Source: Candidatus Ozemobacteraceae bacterium | GTDB lineage: Bacteria; Muiribacteriota; Ozemobacteria; Ozemobacterales; Ozemobacteraceae | Direction: 5' to 3' | DNA length: 64,000 nt | Assembly: GCA_965140445.1 (NCBI GenBank) | Contig: OZ223236.1 | Span: forward strand, 1,088,001-1,152,000 | In this document: positions 36,865 to 46,349 of the stretch, in pieces | Position numbering within the stretch: position 1 is the first letter of the stretch | How the letters are laid out: each line of letters opens with the position of its first letter | Position numbers and translations under genes: made by a program | Notes under the pieces: generated by a model | Seen by the model: the letters and a program-made list of their open reading frames with translations, nothing else | The model's database searches: none | What the model was told of the DNA's origin: nothing

Positions 36865-38142
36865 ATGAGTGAAGTTGTAAAACCAACGGCTGATTTTGTT
36901 TTACATAATTTAAAAAAAGCTGCAATTTTCCCCAATTCTTACAAAGGAAAAGGAACCAGACCAGGTTGGGAAGTTGAAGAACTTGAAAATTGCTCTATTG
37001 CTTCAAAAGATGGCATTATTACGTGGATTGGACCATCTTCAGAATTGACAAACGCTGTTGAAATTATTGCCGAAACAACTTTTTACAATGGTGATGGGCT
37101 AATTGCCACTCCTGGTTTTGTTGATTCACATACTCATCTGGTTTATGCCGGCGACCGAAGCGATGAATTTGAAATGAGAGTTCAGGGCAGGAGCTATCTG
37201 GATATTCTGGGAGCTGGCGGCGGAATTCTTCGAACCACCAATGCAATTAGAGATCTGGCTGAAGAAGCCTTATATGAAGAAGCAGCTTATCGCATTGAAA
37301 TGGCTCTTGAGTGGGGAACCAGCACCATCGAAATCAAAAGTGGATATGGATTGGATCTCGAAAATGAACTCAAGATGCTTCGAGTAATATCAAGGTTAGG
37401 TGAAGAGTATCCAATAAGAATAATCCCAACTTTCATGGGTGCTCATGCCATTCCTGCTGATAGAAAAGCAGACCCACAAGCTTTTGTTGATGAAATTTGT
37501 AACGTCTGGATTCCAAAAGTTGCTGAAGAAGGGCTGGCAGTGTTTAACGATGTCTTTACTGAAGATAAAGCTTTTTCTGTTGAACAATCCAGACAGGTTC
37601 TTGAAGCTGGTTTGAAGCATGGATTAAAAGTAAAAATCCATGCTGATGAAATAAATGTTCTGGGCGGAGTTGATCTGGCAGTTGAACTTGGTGCTGTGAG
37701 CGCAGACCACTTGCTTATGACTGGGGCAGAAGGCATAGAAAAGCTCAAAGATAGCGGTGTCATTCCAACCGTATTGCCAGGAACATCAACCTACCTTATG
37801 GAAAGCCATCATGCGCCAGCAAGAAAAATGATAGAGGCCGGATTGCCGTTAGCTATTGCTTCAGATCATAATCCTGGTAGCAGTCAGTTTTTAGGAGCAG
37901 GTCTGATCCAGTCTCTGGCCATGCTTCAGCTTCGAATGTCCGCAGCGGAAAGTCTGATTGCGGGAACACTGCATTCAGCCTATGCACTTGATATGGGGCA
38001 GGAAATTGGCTCTATTGAAGTGGGCAAAAAAATGGATGTTGCACTATTTGATTTTGATTCCTATCGACAAATTGGTTATCGTATCGGCCAGAATGGCTTG
38101 TATGACCTTATTATTGATGGTTTCTCTGTTTTTGGCGAATAA
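36865..38142 (+). CDS. hutI: imidazolonepropionase
   Basis: PGFVDSHTHLVYAG.R, GGGI, EIKSGYGL, HADE, SADHL, DHNPGS. Confidence 0.95.
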   Translation: MSEVVKPTADFVLHNLKKAAIFPNSYKGKGTRPGWEVEELENCSIASKDGIITWIGPSSELTNAVEIIAETTFYNGDGLIATPGFVDSHTHLVYAGDRSDEFEMRVQGRSYLDILGAGGGILRTTNAIRDLAEEALYEEAAYRIEMALEWGTSTIEIKSGYGLDLENELKMLRVISRLGEEYPIRIIPTFMGAHAIPADRKADPQAFVDEICNVWIPKVAEEGLAVFNDVFTEDKAFSVEQSRQVLEAGLKHGLKVKIHADEINVLGGVDLAVELGAVSADHLLMTGAEGIEKLKDSGVIPTVLPGTSTYLMESHHAPARKMIEAGLPLAIASDHNPGSSQFLGAGLIQSLAMLQLRMSAAESLIAGTLHSAYALDMGQEIGSIEVGKKMDVALFDFDSYRQIGYRIGQNGLYDLIIDGFSVFGE

Positions 38143-38159
38143 TTGGCGGGAGATTTTAA

Positions 38160-39188
38160 ATGATTCTGGTATTAGGTAGTTCTGTAAGCGAAATACAGAA
38201 AAGAGAGTTATGTCTTCGATTACAGAAAATGGGATTCTATACCAGATTGGTAGAGCAGTTTGGTGAATCTGTTGTTTCCGTCGACGGGCCTGGCGAAGAT
38301 AGAATTTCTTCAGTCGTAGCAGGCTGGATAGGTGTAGAGAAAGTGGTTGCTAAGAAAAGTCCATTTTATCTATCTTCACGAGAATGCCTGAAAAAGAATA
38401 CTATTGTTAAAGTCGGCAAAGGGCAAAGCCAGGTGGCTTTTGGATCTGATGAAATCGTTTCTATTGCCGGTCCTTGTGCTATTGAAACAGAAGAGACAGC
38501 AATTGAACTTGCGAAGATTATAAAAAAAGCTGGAACCAGAATTTTTAGAGGCATGATTTATAAGCCAAGGTCTTCGCCATACTCTTTTCAGGGATTGAGC
38601 AAAGCTGGTATTCCAATCTTGAAAAAAATAAAACAGGAAACTGGTCTGAATATTCTAACTGAGATTCGATCGCCACACGAAATAGAATCTGTTTTAGATG
38701 TTGCAGATATGATCCAGGTTGGAACCAGAAATATGAGCAATTTTGAGTTGCTTAAATATCTTGGTCAGGCAAAAAAGCCCATCCTGTTAAAACGTGGAAT
38801 GGGTGCAACAATTGAAGAGCTTCTTTGTGCCGCTGAATATCTTATTGTCCACGGGAACACAGAGATTGTTCTTTGCGAACGAGGAATCAGAACTTTTGAA
38901 CATTTTACCCGTTTTACTTTTGATATTGGTGCGGTACCATCCCTGAAGCAGATTTCTCATTTGCCGGTGATAGTTGATCCAAGTCATGCGACCGGGAAAA
39001 GCTCTTTAGTAGGGCCTCTGGCCTTTGCTGCTTTGAGTGCAGGGGCAGATGGATTAATGATCGAGATTCATAATGAGCCTGAAAAAGCTTTTTCTGATGG
39101 AACTCAGTCCATTTTGCCAGATGAATTCAATCAGATTGTTAATAAGGGTAACGAGTTGGCAAAAGTTTTTGGCCGGACACTAAAGTAA
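38160..39188 (+). CDS. aroF: DAHP synthase type I-beta
   Basis: IAGPCAIE, YKPRSSPYSFQG, LKRG, CERGIRTFE, DPSHA, EIH. Confidence 0.93.
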   Translation: MILVLGSSVSEIQKRELCLRLQKMGFYTRLVEQFGESVVSVDGPGEDRISSVVAGWIGVEKVVAKKSPFYLSSRECLKKNTIVKVGKGQSQVAFGSDEIVSIAGPCAIETEETAIELAKIIKKAGTRIFRGMIYKPRSSPYSFQGLSKAGIPILKKIKQETGLNILTEIRSPHEIESVLDVADMIQVGTRNMSNFELLKYLGQAKKPILLKRGMGATIEELLCAAEYLIVHGNTEIVLCERGIRTFEHFTRFTFDIGAVPSLKQISHLPVIVDPSHATGKSSLVGPLAFAALSAGADGLMIEIHNEPEKAFSDGTQSILPDEFNQIVNKGNELAKVFGRTLK

Positions 39189-39293
39189 CTCTGAATTAAG
39201 AATACACGGCACCTTTGAATTTTTTGATGACTTCCATTTTTTTATAAAATCCTTATAATTATCTGTACATAATTAAAAATAAGGGGTTCGAAG

Positions 39294-40358
39294 GTGTTTA
39301 AAAACAGTTTTAAAGTGGTTCTGGTTTTTTTACTAACCCTTTCTGTATCAGCTTCAGCAAGTGAGTTTAAAAACTGGTTGAAGCAATATGAAGCGACTCA
39401 TTATCAGCAGGATAAATATCAGCGAGTTGATCCAAAAGGTGATGCGTTTCTGATTAGAAAGCTTGATCAGGTGCCAATGAAGTTGGTTGAAGCATTGGTT
39501 AAAAGCTCATATCCTCAAGCTGAAATTCAGAAAGAAAAAGAGTTGAAAGCCCTTGAAGAAGCAGCTAAAAAAGGTGCTGGATTCAAAATTGGCAAAACAG
39601 TTCCTATCGATATTGATCGATTGGTAAATAAATGCCGGGAAATCATGCTTAAATACTATCCTAATATTAAACCAACAATTGGTGAAGAGCATGAATGGTC
39701 ATCTGAAGCAAAAAAATATTTGATTTACGGTTTCTGGCACAGATTAGGTAGACACGTCTTCAGAAAGCAGAAAGAATTTCCAAGTCCACTGTTTTTCAGA
39801 TCAAAATTGTTTTTACTCCTGGCTTGTGGCTGGACTTCCAGATACGCAGTTACCGGTCAGGAAGAAGCTTTAAAAAATAGAATCATGTTATACCCTGATG
39901 GAAAAATGCAGCTTCATCAGATGTTTATGGAAAGCTATGTTCTCAATAAAGGAAATATATATTTAACCTTCTTGACTGCTGAAAATGTTTTGGCAGGCGA
40001 TCCTTATCGTGTTGATCGTGAAAATGATCCAATCCAGAAAAAACTGGCATATCTAAGACACGATACTGTTCAAATGGGTGACAACTATGGTGCCTGGTAT
40101 CACTTCTTTGGCATCTCATTATATGGAGTCACCAGAAGCGGAGTGACATCTCGCGCTGTCGCAGAAATTGAAAGCCTCGGCTCTCTTTTCCTGGAAGGAA
40201 AAGACAAACAGGAAGATTACATTAATCGATTTGGAGCAATTTTCGGAAAGAGTTTTAAAAAGATGCTGAAAAAAGGCACCTGGAAGAAACCTTTAACCAA
40301 AGAAGAAAGAACAGATTATATGTTGCCGAATCCTTTAGCCAAATCTGTAAAAAAGTAA
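39294..40358 (+). CDS. secreted hypothetical protein
   Basis: AAGGGG SD with GTG start, signal peptide ending ASA, 354-aa ORF. Confidence 0.75.
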   Translation: MFKNSFKVVLVFLLTLSVSASASEFKNWLKQYEATHYQQDKYQRVDPKGDAFLIRKLDQVPMKLVEALVKSSYPQAEIQKEKELKALEEAAKKGAGFKIGKTVPIDIDRLVNKCREIMLKYYPNIKPTIGEEHEWSSEAKKYLIYGFWHRLGRHVFRKQKEFPSPLFFRSKLFLLLACGWTSRYAVTGQEEALKNRIMLYPDGKMQLHQMFMESYVLNKGNIYLTFLTAENVLAGDPYRVDRENDPIQKKLAYLRHDTVQMGDNYGAWYHFFGISLYGVTRSGVTSRAVAEIESLGSLFLEGKDKQEDYINRFGAIFGKSFKKMLKKGTWKKPLTKEERTDYMLPNPLAKSVKK

Positions 40359-40371
40359 AGTCATTCGAATT

Positions 40372-40411
40372 AAAAAAAGCGCCGGTAGCTTATTGCTTCT
40401 GGCGCTTTTTT
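40372..40411. terminator. bidirectional intrinsic terminator
   Basis: AAAAAAAGCGCC...GGCGCTTTTTT between convergent genes. Confidence 0.85.
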
Positions 40412-40450
40412 ATTTATTCATAAAAGCTCAATTTCTATTTAGTGATATTT

Positions 40451-42322
40451 TCACGTGGGCCCAAGGGCATAAGAAAGCATGAATGTAGAAACGCCATAGT
40501 AGATTAGCAAAGCAAATATGTCGTTTGAAGAAGTAACAAATGGGCCTGAAGCTACTGCTGGATCTATATCAAATTTCTCAAATATTATTGGAACCAAAGC
40601 TCCAAACATTGCCGCAAAAGTCATGGCTGCAAGCATTGCAATTCCTACTGTTGCAGAGAGATGAACTGAAGAGAATGCTCCACTGGAAGCTCCACCAGTT
40701 CTAACAAGAAATTCTGCCCAAACCCCAACAATTAGGCCGCATGCTAATCCCATCATTGCTCCAGACATAATTTCACGCCAGAGACGTTTAGCTAATTCTG
40801 TGCCTGAAAATGAGTTTAGGGCTAATCCGCGAATGACAAGAGTTGAGGATTGAATTCCAGCATTACCGCCCATTGCCATAACAACTGGAACGAAAAAAGC
40901 TAAAGCGATTACTTGTTTGAAGTCACTCATAAAGCTTTTGAGGATTGTGCTGGTCAAAAATCCGGTGCCCAGGGTTATTAATAGCCATGGAAGTCGTGCT
41001 TTACACGCCTGAAATGGTGAAGTGTAAGAAAGTTCATCTTCGCTGGAACCAGCCAACTTAAAGATGTCTTCAGACGCTTCTTCTTCCATTACGTCCATAA
41101 CATCGTCAACGGTTACAACACCAATGATTTGCCCTTTGTCGTTTACTACCGGGATTCCCATCAAGTCATACTTGGCAATCAGGGAAGCCACATCTTCCTG
41201 TGGTGTGTCCGGAGAAACTGATACCAGATCGGTTTCCATTATTTCTGTAACTGGAAGGGCAGGGTTGGCTGATAGCAGGTCGCGGATTGAAACAACCCCC
41301 ATGAACCTTTCTTCTGAATCAATTACATACATGTAGTAGATAATTTCAATGTCTACAGCGACCAGTCGCAGATGTGAAAAGGCGTCAGCAATGGTGAAGT
41401 CTTCGAAGATCGCAGCGTATTCGGTTGTCATTAGACCACCGGCCGTATCTTCTTCGTATTTTAGAAGTTCTCGAACATCACTCGCCTCATCCAGATCCAT
41501 ATGATCAAGAATTGCCTGAGCCTTAACCTGATCCATGTCCTGCAAAAGATCCGCAGCCTCATCAGGTTCCATTTCTTCAATGATTTCTGAGGCTGTTTCT
41601 GTATCGAGCCCTTCAATGATTTGTATCTGTGTCTCTGCTTCTGTTTCGGCAAGGGTTTCAGCTGCTATTTCTTCTTCAAGGTTTTCAAAAACAGATATCC
41701 TGTCAACTTCATTGAGTTCATCAAGAACATCTGCCAGATCTGCAGGGTGAAGAGTCTGAAAGTTATCAGTGGTAAGCTGAGTTGTAAGGCCGGCGAACTG
41801 CTCATTAAAGCCGATAATTTTTTCCCATTCAATGAGGTGTTCTTCTTTGGCAAAGCCAAAACGCCTTAAAAGGGAACCAAGTATTTTATCCAGCTTCATT
41901 CTGCGGAGCGCAGCTCTGAAGCTTATGTCGATCGCAGCAAGCCACATCTCGTTCTTTTTTTCATCAAATGCGACTTTCAGGTCATTAATCTGTACAGCTT
42001 TAACGTCTGTTGTGTCGATTACAGATTTGTCCCAGAGCTGTGTGGCCGTGGCAAACGAGCCTGGTTCATAAATTGGGTAGCTTTTTAGAGTGGTTGCCAA
42101 AGCAAAATTGCCAGGAATAAAAGATTCGAAATCTTTTGCTGGTGCAACGCGTTGCAAACCCGATTCATACTCAAAGACAATTGCTCTGTCAAAAAATGGC
42201 AGATTGTCTCGTAAAATGAGGGTAAAGTCAGTTATATAGCCTGATTGTCTTCCGCTGGCAGTTTTTACAGGAGAGCCAAGCAGGCTTACCAGATGGAGGT
42301 TTTTCCTGCTCATGATCGTCAA
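40451..42322 (-). CDS. mgtE: magnesium transporter MgtE with N-terminal extension
   Basis: LHPADLAD, TAGGLMTTE, CBS pair, RLPWL, MGGNAG.Q, DPAVASGPFVT..ND. Confidence 0.95.
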   Translation of the reverse strand: MTIMSRKNLHLVSLLGSPVKTASGRQSGYITDFTLILRDNLPFFDRAIVFEYESGLQRVAPAKDFESFIPGNFALATTLKSYPIYEPGSFATATQLWDKSVIDTTDVKAVQINDLKVAFDEKKNEMWLAAIDISFRAALRRMKLDKILGSLLRRFGFAKEEHLIEWEKIIGFNEQFAGLTTQLTTDNFQTLHPADLADVLDELNEVDRISVFENLEEEIAAETLAETEAETQIQIIEGLDTETASEIIEEMEPDEAADLLQDMDQVKAQAILDHMDLDEASDVRELLKYEEDTAGGLMTTEYAAIFEDFTIADAFSHLRLVAVDIEIIYYMYVIDSEERFMGVVSIRDLLSANPALPVTEIMETDLVSVSPDTPQEDVASLIAKYDLMGIPVVNDKGQIIGVVTVDDVMDVMEEEASEDIFKLAGSSEDELSYTSPFQACKARLPWLLITLGTGFLTSTILKSFMSDFKQVIALAFFVPVVMAMGGNAGIQSSTLVIRGLALNSFSGTELAKRLWREIMSGAMMGLACGLIVGVWAEFLVRTGGASSGAFSSVHLSATVGIAMLAAMTFAAMFGALVPIIFEKFDIDPAVASGPFVTSSNDIFALLIYYGVSTFMLSYALGPT

Positions 42323-42615
42323 TTTCCTTAGTCATGCTTTTCGGCGCTCCCTTCATAAAATTTGTGACTCAATGATACTCTTGAAAGCCTATAATTGCTA
42401 GTTTTTTGATTTAAGAATACCAGGTTTTTTGCAAATATATTGGTGGCAATTGTTGTGGCGGGGAGAATTCTGGAACATATAGTTTGCCCGAAATTAAAGA
42501 AAAATTAAGTGGCGCTGATCAAAAATGTTCATAAAATTTGCGAGTATAGTTAATTGTTGAAACTGACTGCTTTACTTATCATAAGGCTATGATGATAAAT
42601 CAAAGGAGAACGTTT

Positions 42616-43356
42616 ATGAACAAATTTGCTTTTTGTGTCTTACTTTTTTCCCTTTTAATTTGTAACACTGGATTTTCTGCTCAAAAGATTGAGACAACCC
42701 CTGTAAAATTTTCTGAAGTAGATTCTGGAATGCCATACAACGTAAAGGATATACCGGTTAAAGATCCTGAATCAATGTCGGGACTTAGGATTGCCATAGT
42801 GGCTGCTCATGGTTTTGAAGAAGTAGAAGCAACATATCCAATCAACTACTTCCTGGCAAGAGGCGCTGAAGTTGAGATTATAACCCCGGATTGGATAAAA
42901 GATAGGGTAATGGCAGTGCAATTTTTAAAGCCATCTATTTGGTTACCCGTTCACAAGAACATTTCTCAGGCAAAGGTCGAAGATTACTGTGCTATTTTGA
43001 TTCCTGGTGGAGCCTGGAATCCGATTATAATGCGCACAGACAATTCAATTCTTAACTTCATCAAAGATGCGGATAAGGCTAATAAGCTTATTGCAAGTGT
43101 TTGTCATGGCCCTCAGGTTCTTTTGAATGCAGGACTTGTTAAGGGAATTGAAATTACGGGAGTTGGCGATATTCGAACAGACTTAAGAAATGCTGGAGCC
43201 AGGGTCGTTGAGGATATGCCGGTAGTAATCGATGGAAACATTCTTACCAGTAGAGATCCAAATGATCTGGCAGAGTTTTCACAGGCAATCGAAGAGTATC
43301 TTAAAAAAAATAGAGCTTTTTGCAATGCTCAAAAAGAAAATGGACTAGCCAGATAA
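42616..43356 (+). CDS. DJ-1/PfpI family protein with signal peptide
   Basis: GFEEVE, IPGG, SVCHGP nucleophile, VIDGNILTSR.P.DL. ATG 42616 after AAGGAG. Confidence 0.9.
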   Translation: MNKFAFCVLLFSLLICNTGFSAQKIETTPVKFSEVDSGMPYNVKDIPVKDPESMSGLRIAIVAAHGFEEVEATYPINYFLARGAEVEIITPDWIKDRVMAVQFLKPSIWLPVHKNISQAKVEDYCAILIPGGAWNPIIMRTDNSILNFIKDADKANKLIASVCHGPQVLLNAGLVKGIEITGVGDIRTDLRNAGARVVEDMPVVIDGNILTSRDPNDLAEFSQAIEEYLKKNRAFCNAQKENGLAR

Positions 43357-43375
43357 AAATTTGGTGAACTACAAA

Positions 43376-43416
43376 ATTACTCTGAGTCGTCTTAAACTAG
43401 ATTGACTCAGAGTAAT
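43376..43416. terminator. 13-bp inverted repeat (terminator or operator)
   Basis: ATTACTCTGAGTC-15nt-GACTCAGAGTAAT followed by ATTTATTT. Confidence 0.55.
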
Positions 43417-43461
43417 ATTTATTTAATGATGAGTTTGAAGCTTTATCAATTGTGAGCAAAG

Positions 43462-44322
43462 ATGAAACCAATAAATATTTTACAGCATGAAAATACAAGA
43501 CTTGTAGGCCAAAACCAGCAGTTTTCGCTGTATCTGTTCAGTGGAAACATTAAAGAAGATTTAAAAGTAGTTTTTAAATCGGATCAGCTGGCAATTTTTG
43601 TGTGTTTAGCGGGAAAGCTTGTTAGTAGCACAAAAACTTTGAGTTATCACCTGAGCGAGAATTTGATTTCTTTTGCTCTGAGCCATGACTGTAAAAAAGT
43701 AATCCCGAAAAGTAATTTGACTGAATTTCTTATTTTAACTTTTTCAAAGGAAACTCTTGAAGAGCTTATTCATGATACTGGTGAAGATGTGCATCTCACT
43801 ATGAGTCACTTCACTTCTTGCCAGTGCACCGTAAACAACTGTAATTCTGAAATTCTTACTCTTGCAAGAAAGCTTTTAAAGGAAGGAACTGAGAAATATT
43901 GGGGTTTCAAAATGAACTCGGAATTAATTTTCAAAGAGCTTTTGGTTTCCTTTGTTAGACTGTTTACCGCTGAAAAGCAAGAAGCCGGTAGCGACACTGT
44001 AGCTCTTGCAAAAGAGATTCTTGAATCTTCAACTAATAAAGAATTGAGTTTAGATAGTCTTGCTGAAACTTGTGGAGTTTCTTCCAGCCATCTTTGCCGA
44101 ATTTTTAAAAAGGCCACCGGACGAACTATTTCTCAGTATTTTAATGCTCTAAAAGTTGATTTGGCATGCAAGCTACTTGCTGAGTCAAACTTATCAATTG
44201 AAGAGGTTGCTTTTGAATCCGGGTTCAATAATCCAAGCTACTTTTTTAGGGTTTTCAAAAAGCAGACTGGAAAATTGCCTCTGGATTGGCGAAGAAATTT
44301 TTCTGTAGCGTCAAAAAACTAA
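43462..44322 (+). CDS. AraC family transcriptional regulator
   Basis: C-terminal LAETCGVSSSHLCRIFK...VAFESGFNNPSYFFRVFKK. Confidence 0.93.
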   Translation: MKPINILQHENTRLVGQNQQFSLYLFSGNIKEDLKVVFKSDQLAIFVCLAGKLVSSTKTLSYHLSENLISFALSHDCKKVIPKSNLTEFLILTFSKETLEELIHDTGEDVHLTMSHFTSCQCTVNNCNSEILTLARKLLKEGTEKYWGFKMNSELIFKELLVSFVRLFTAEKQEAGSDTVALAKEILESSTNKELSLDSLAETCGVSSSHLCRIFKKATGRTISQYFNALKVDLACKLLAESNLSIEEVAFESGFNNPSYFFRVFKKQTGKLPLDWRRNFSVASKN

Positions 44323-44339
44323 AATTTGGAGATTTCCTG

Positions 44340-44882
44340 ATGGCTGCGCCAAAATATAGCAAAAGGCTTGTTTTTAGAGAAATGACGGTTGAGGACGTTC
44401 CTTTTTTAATGAAGATTTTTTCTGATCCAGTTGCTATGAAGTATTATCCATCAACGAAAACAGATGAAGAAGCTAAGGGATGGATTGAATGGAATTTAAG
44501 AAATTACAAAGAGACTGGCCACGGTTTGTGGCTACTGTTTGATCGCAATAGTGGTGATTTTGTTGGACAATGTGGTTTGGTCCCTCAAAAGGCCAGATTT
44601 TTTCCTGAAATAGAATTGGGCTATCTTCTGGCCAGAGAACACTGGGGAAAGGGATTAGCTACTGAAGCAGCCATGCATTGTCTTGACCATGCTTTTGAGA
44701 TTTTAAAGCTTGAAAAAATCGTTTCATACATAGACCCAAAAAATGCTCCTTCTGAGAAACTCGCTCGAAGACTCGGAATGACTCTTGAGGAATTTTCCTG
44801 CCCATCTAAGAATGCATGGAAAAAGGAAATTAACGTTTTCGCTATTACAGCGGAAAGCTTTCGAAAGCTGCATTTAGAATGA
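44340..44882 (+). CDS. RimJ/RimL-type GNAT acetyltransferase
   Basis: RLVFREM, GQCGL, ELGY, WGKGLATEAA, N..S.KLA.RLGM. Start at ATG 44340. Confidence 0.9.
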   Translation: MAAPKYSKRLVFREMTVEDVPFLMKIFSDPVAMKYYPSTKTDEEAKGWIEWNLRNYKETGHGLWLLFDRNSGDFVGQCGLVPQKARFFPEIELGYLLAREHWGKGLATEAAMHCLDHAFEILKLEKIVSYIDPKNAPSEKLARRLGMTLEEFSCPSKNAWKKEINVFAITAESFRKLHLE

Positions 44883-44963
44883 TTCCTTTTCTGGTTTTAT
44901 GTAGGAAGGTTGACCTGAAAAGAATTTGGGGCTAGACTTCTAAACATCAAATGTCAAGGACTG

Positions 44964-46274
44964 GTGATTAGAATGGCCTCTCATAGCTGGTTTAACAACT
45001 GGGTTGAAAGAAAAGAAAAATACGCTAGAACAGATGAAAAGTTTTTATCCGAAGACAGATTTGGATCAATTGGAGTGGGAATTGGACTTCCTCCAATAGT
45101 TCAAAAGTCTACGTTTAGTTTTAGAAATGTAAAAGATGGTGCTGATCGATTTTTAGGGTTGTCACAGAGTGGTGAAAAACCATTTGCCAGGATTTACACC
45201 AGACTTGGAAATCCGACTACTGAGTATCTTGAAAAGTCTCTTTTTCAGTTGGATTGTCAGCATATTATTGATGCTGCACTTGCTGCTGATGAAAGAAAGC
45301 CGACTATTGGCTCGCTGGTTTGTTCATCAGGTATGTCTGCCATAGCTTGCACAACTCTGGCTCTTGTTAAAAGCGGTGATTCAATTGTTTCAGGCAGCGT
45401 TTATGGCTGTACCGACAGTTTTTTCCGCTCAATGGAAAAGTTTCAGATTAAAACCCATTTTGTTGAAACTTCTAGCCTGGAGGCGGTGAAAAAGGTTCTT
45501 GATGAAAATCCTTCCGTTTCCATGTTTTTTATGGAAACCCCTGATAATCCAACTTTAAGACTTTCAGATATTGAGGAAATTTCAAAGCTAACCCAGGCCC
45601 GTGGAATACCTCTTGTCGTAGACAATACTTTTGCTACACCATTTTTGCAGCAGCCTTTCAGATTGGGTGCTGATATTGTTATTCAGAGCATGACAAAATA
45701 CGTGAATGGTCACTCTACAAGTGTCGCTGGAGTTGTAATTGCTCCATGGGAATTTGCCAGTGATCACCTGTTTCACGTGTATAAGGATTTTGGACCTACT
45801 CCAAGCCCATTTGATTCATGGCTAAACGCTCAAGGATTACAGACTTTACATCTCAGAATGGAAAGAGCATGCTCTTCAGCCATTGAAATTGCCAAACGTC
45901 TGGAAAAGCACGAAAAGGTAGAGCGCGTTTTTTATCCAGGATTACCTTCACATCCAGACCATGAACTTTGTAAAAAGCAGATGCGTCTTGGTGGAGGAAT
46001 GATTGCACTTGAGTTAAAAGATGGTTTTGAACCTGCCAGCCGATTGATGGATTATTTTGCTTCCTATACTACCCCAGGTGAGCTTGCTGTTAGTTTGGGC
46101 AGTGCAATTACATATTTTCAGCACCCCGCTTCCATGACACATGGCGGAGTTCCAGAGGAAGACCGACTTAAACGCGGAATTACTCAGGGATTAGTTAGAA
46201 TTTCTGTTGGCCTTGAAGGACTAGACACCCTATGGAACGCCATTGAAGAGGGACTTGAAAAAGCTTATAAATAG
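44964..46274 (+). CDS. methionine gamma-lyase-like PLP trans-sulfuration enzyme
   Basis: YTRLGNPT, SGMSA, YGCT (Cys typical of MGL), ETPDNP, DNTF, SMTKY, HPASMTH. Confidence 0.85.
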   Translation: MIRMASHSWFNNWVERKEKYARTDEKFLSEDRFGSIGVGIGLPPIVQKSTFSFRNVKDGADRFLGLSQSGEKPFARIYTRLGNPTTEYLEKSLFQLDCQHIIDAALAADERKPTIGSLVCSSGMSAIACTTLALVKSGDSIVSGSVYGCTDSFFRSMEKFQIKTHFVETSSLEAVKKVLDENPSVSMFFMETPDNPTLRLSDIEEISKLTQARGIPLVVDNTFATPFLQQPFRLGADIVIQSMTKYVNGHSTSVAGVVIAPWEFASDHLFHVYKDFGPTPSPFDSWLNAQGLQTLHLRMERACSSAIEIAKRLEKHEKVERVFYPGLPSHPDHELCKKQMRLGGGMIALELKDGFEPASRLMDYFASYTTPGELAVSLGSAITYFQHPASMTHGGVPEEDRLKRGITQGLVRISVGLEGLDTLWNAIEEGLEKAYK

Positions 46275-46291
46275 TAAAGTTATTATTAAGT

Positions 46292-46327
46292 AAAGGCCGT
46301 TGAACACCAGGTCCAACGGCCTTTTTT
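46292..46327. terminator. intrinsic terminator
   Basis: AAAGGCCGTTG-loop-CAACGGCCTTTTTT between convergent genes. Confidence 0.85.
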
Positions 46328-46349
46328 ATTTTGTCAGGAATGATTATTA

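Noticed and set aside
41811..41818. GCCGATAA sigma28 box
   Set aside because: Lies inside mgtE on the antisense strand with no nearby downstream gene start; likely chance.
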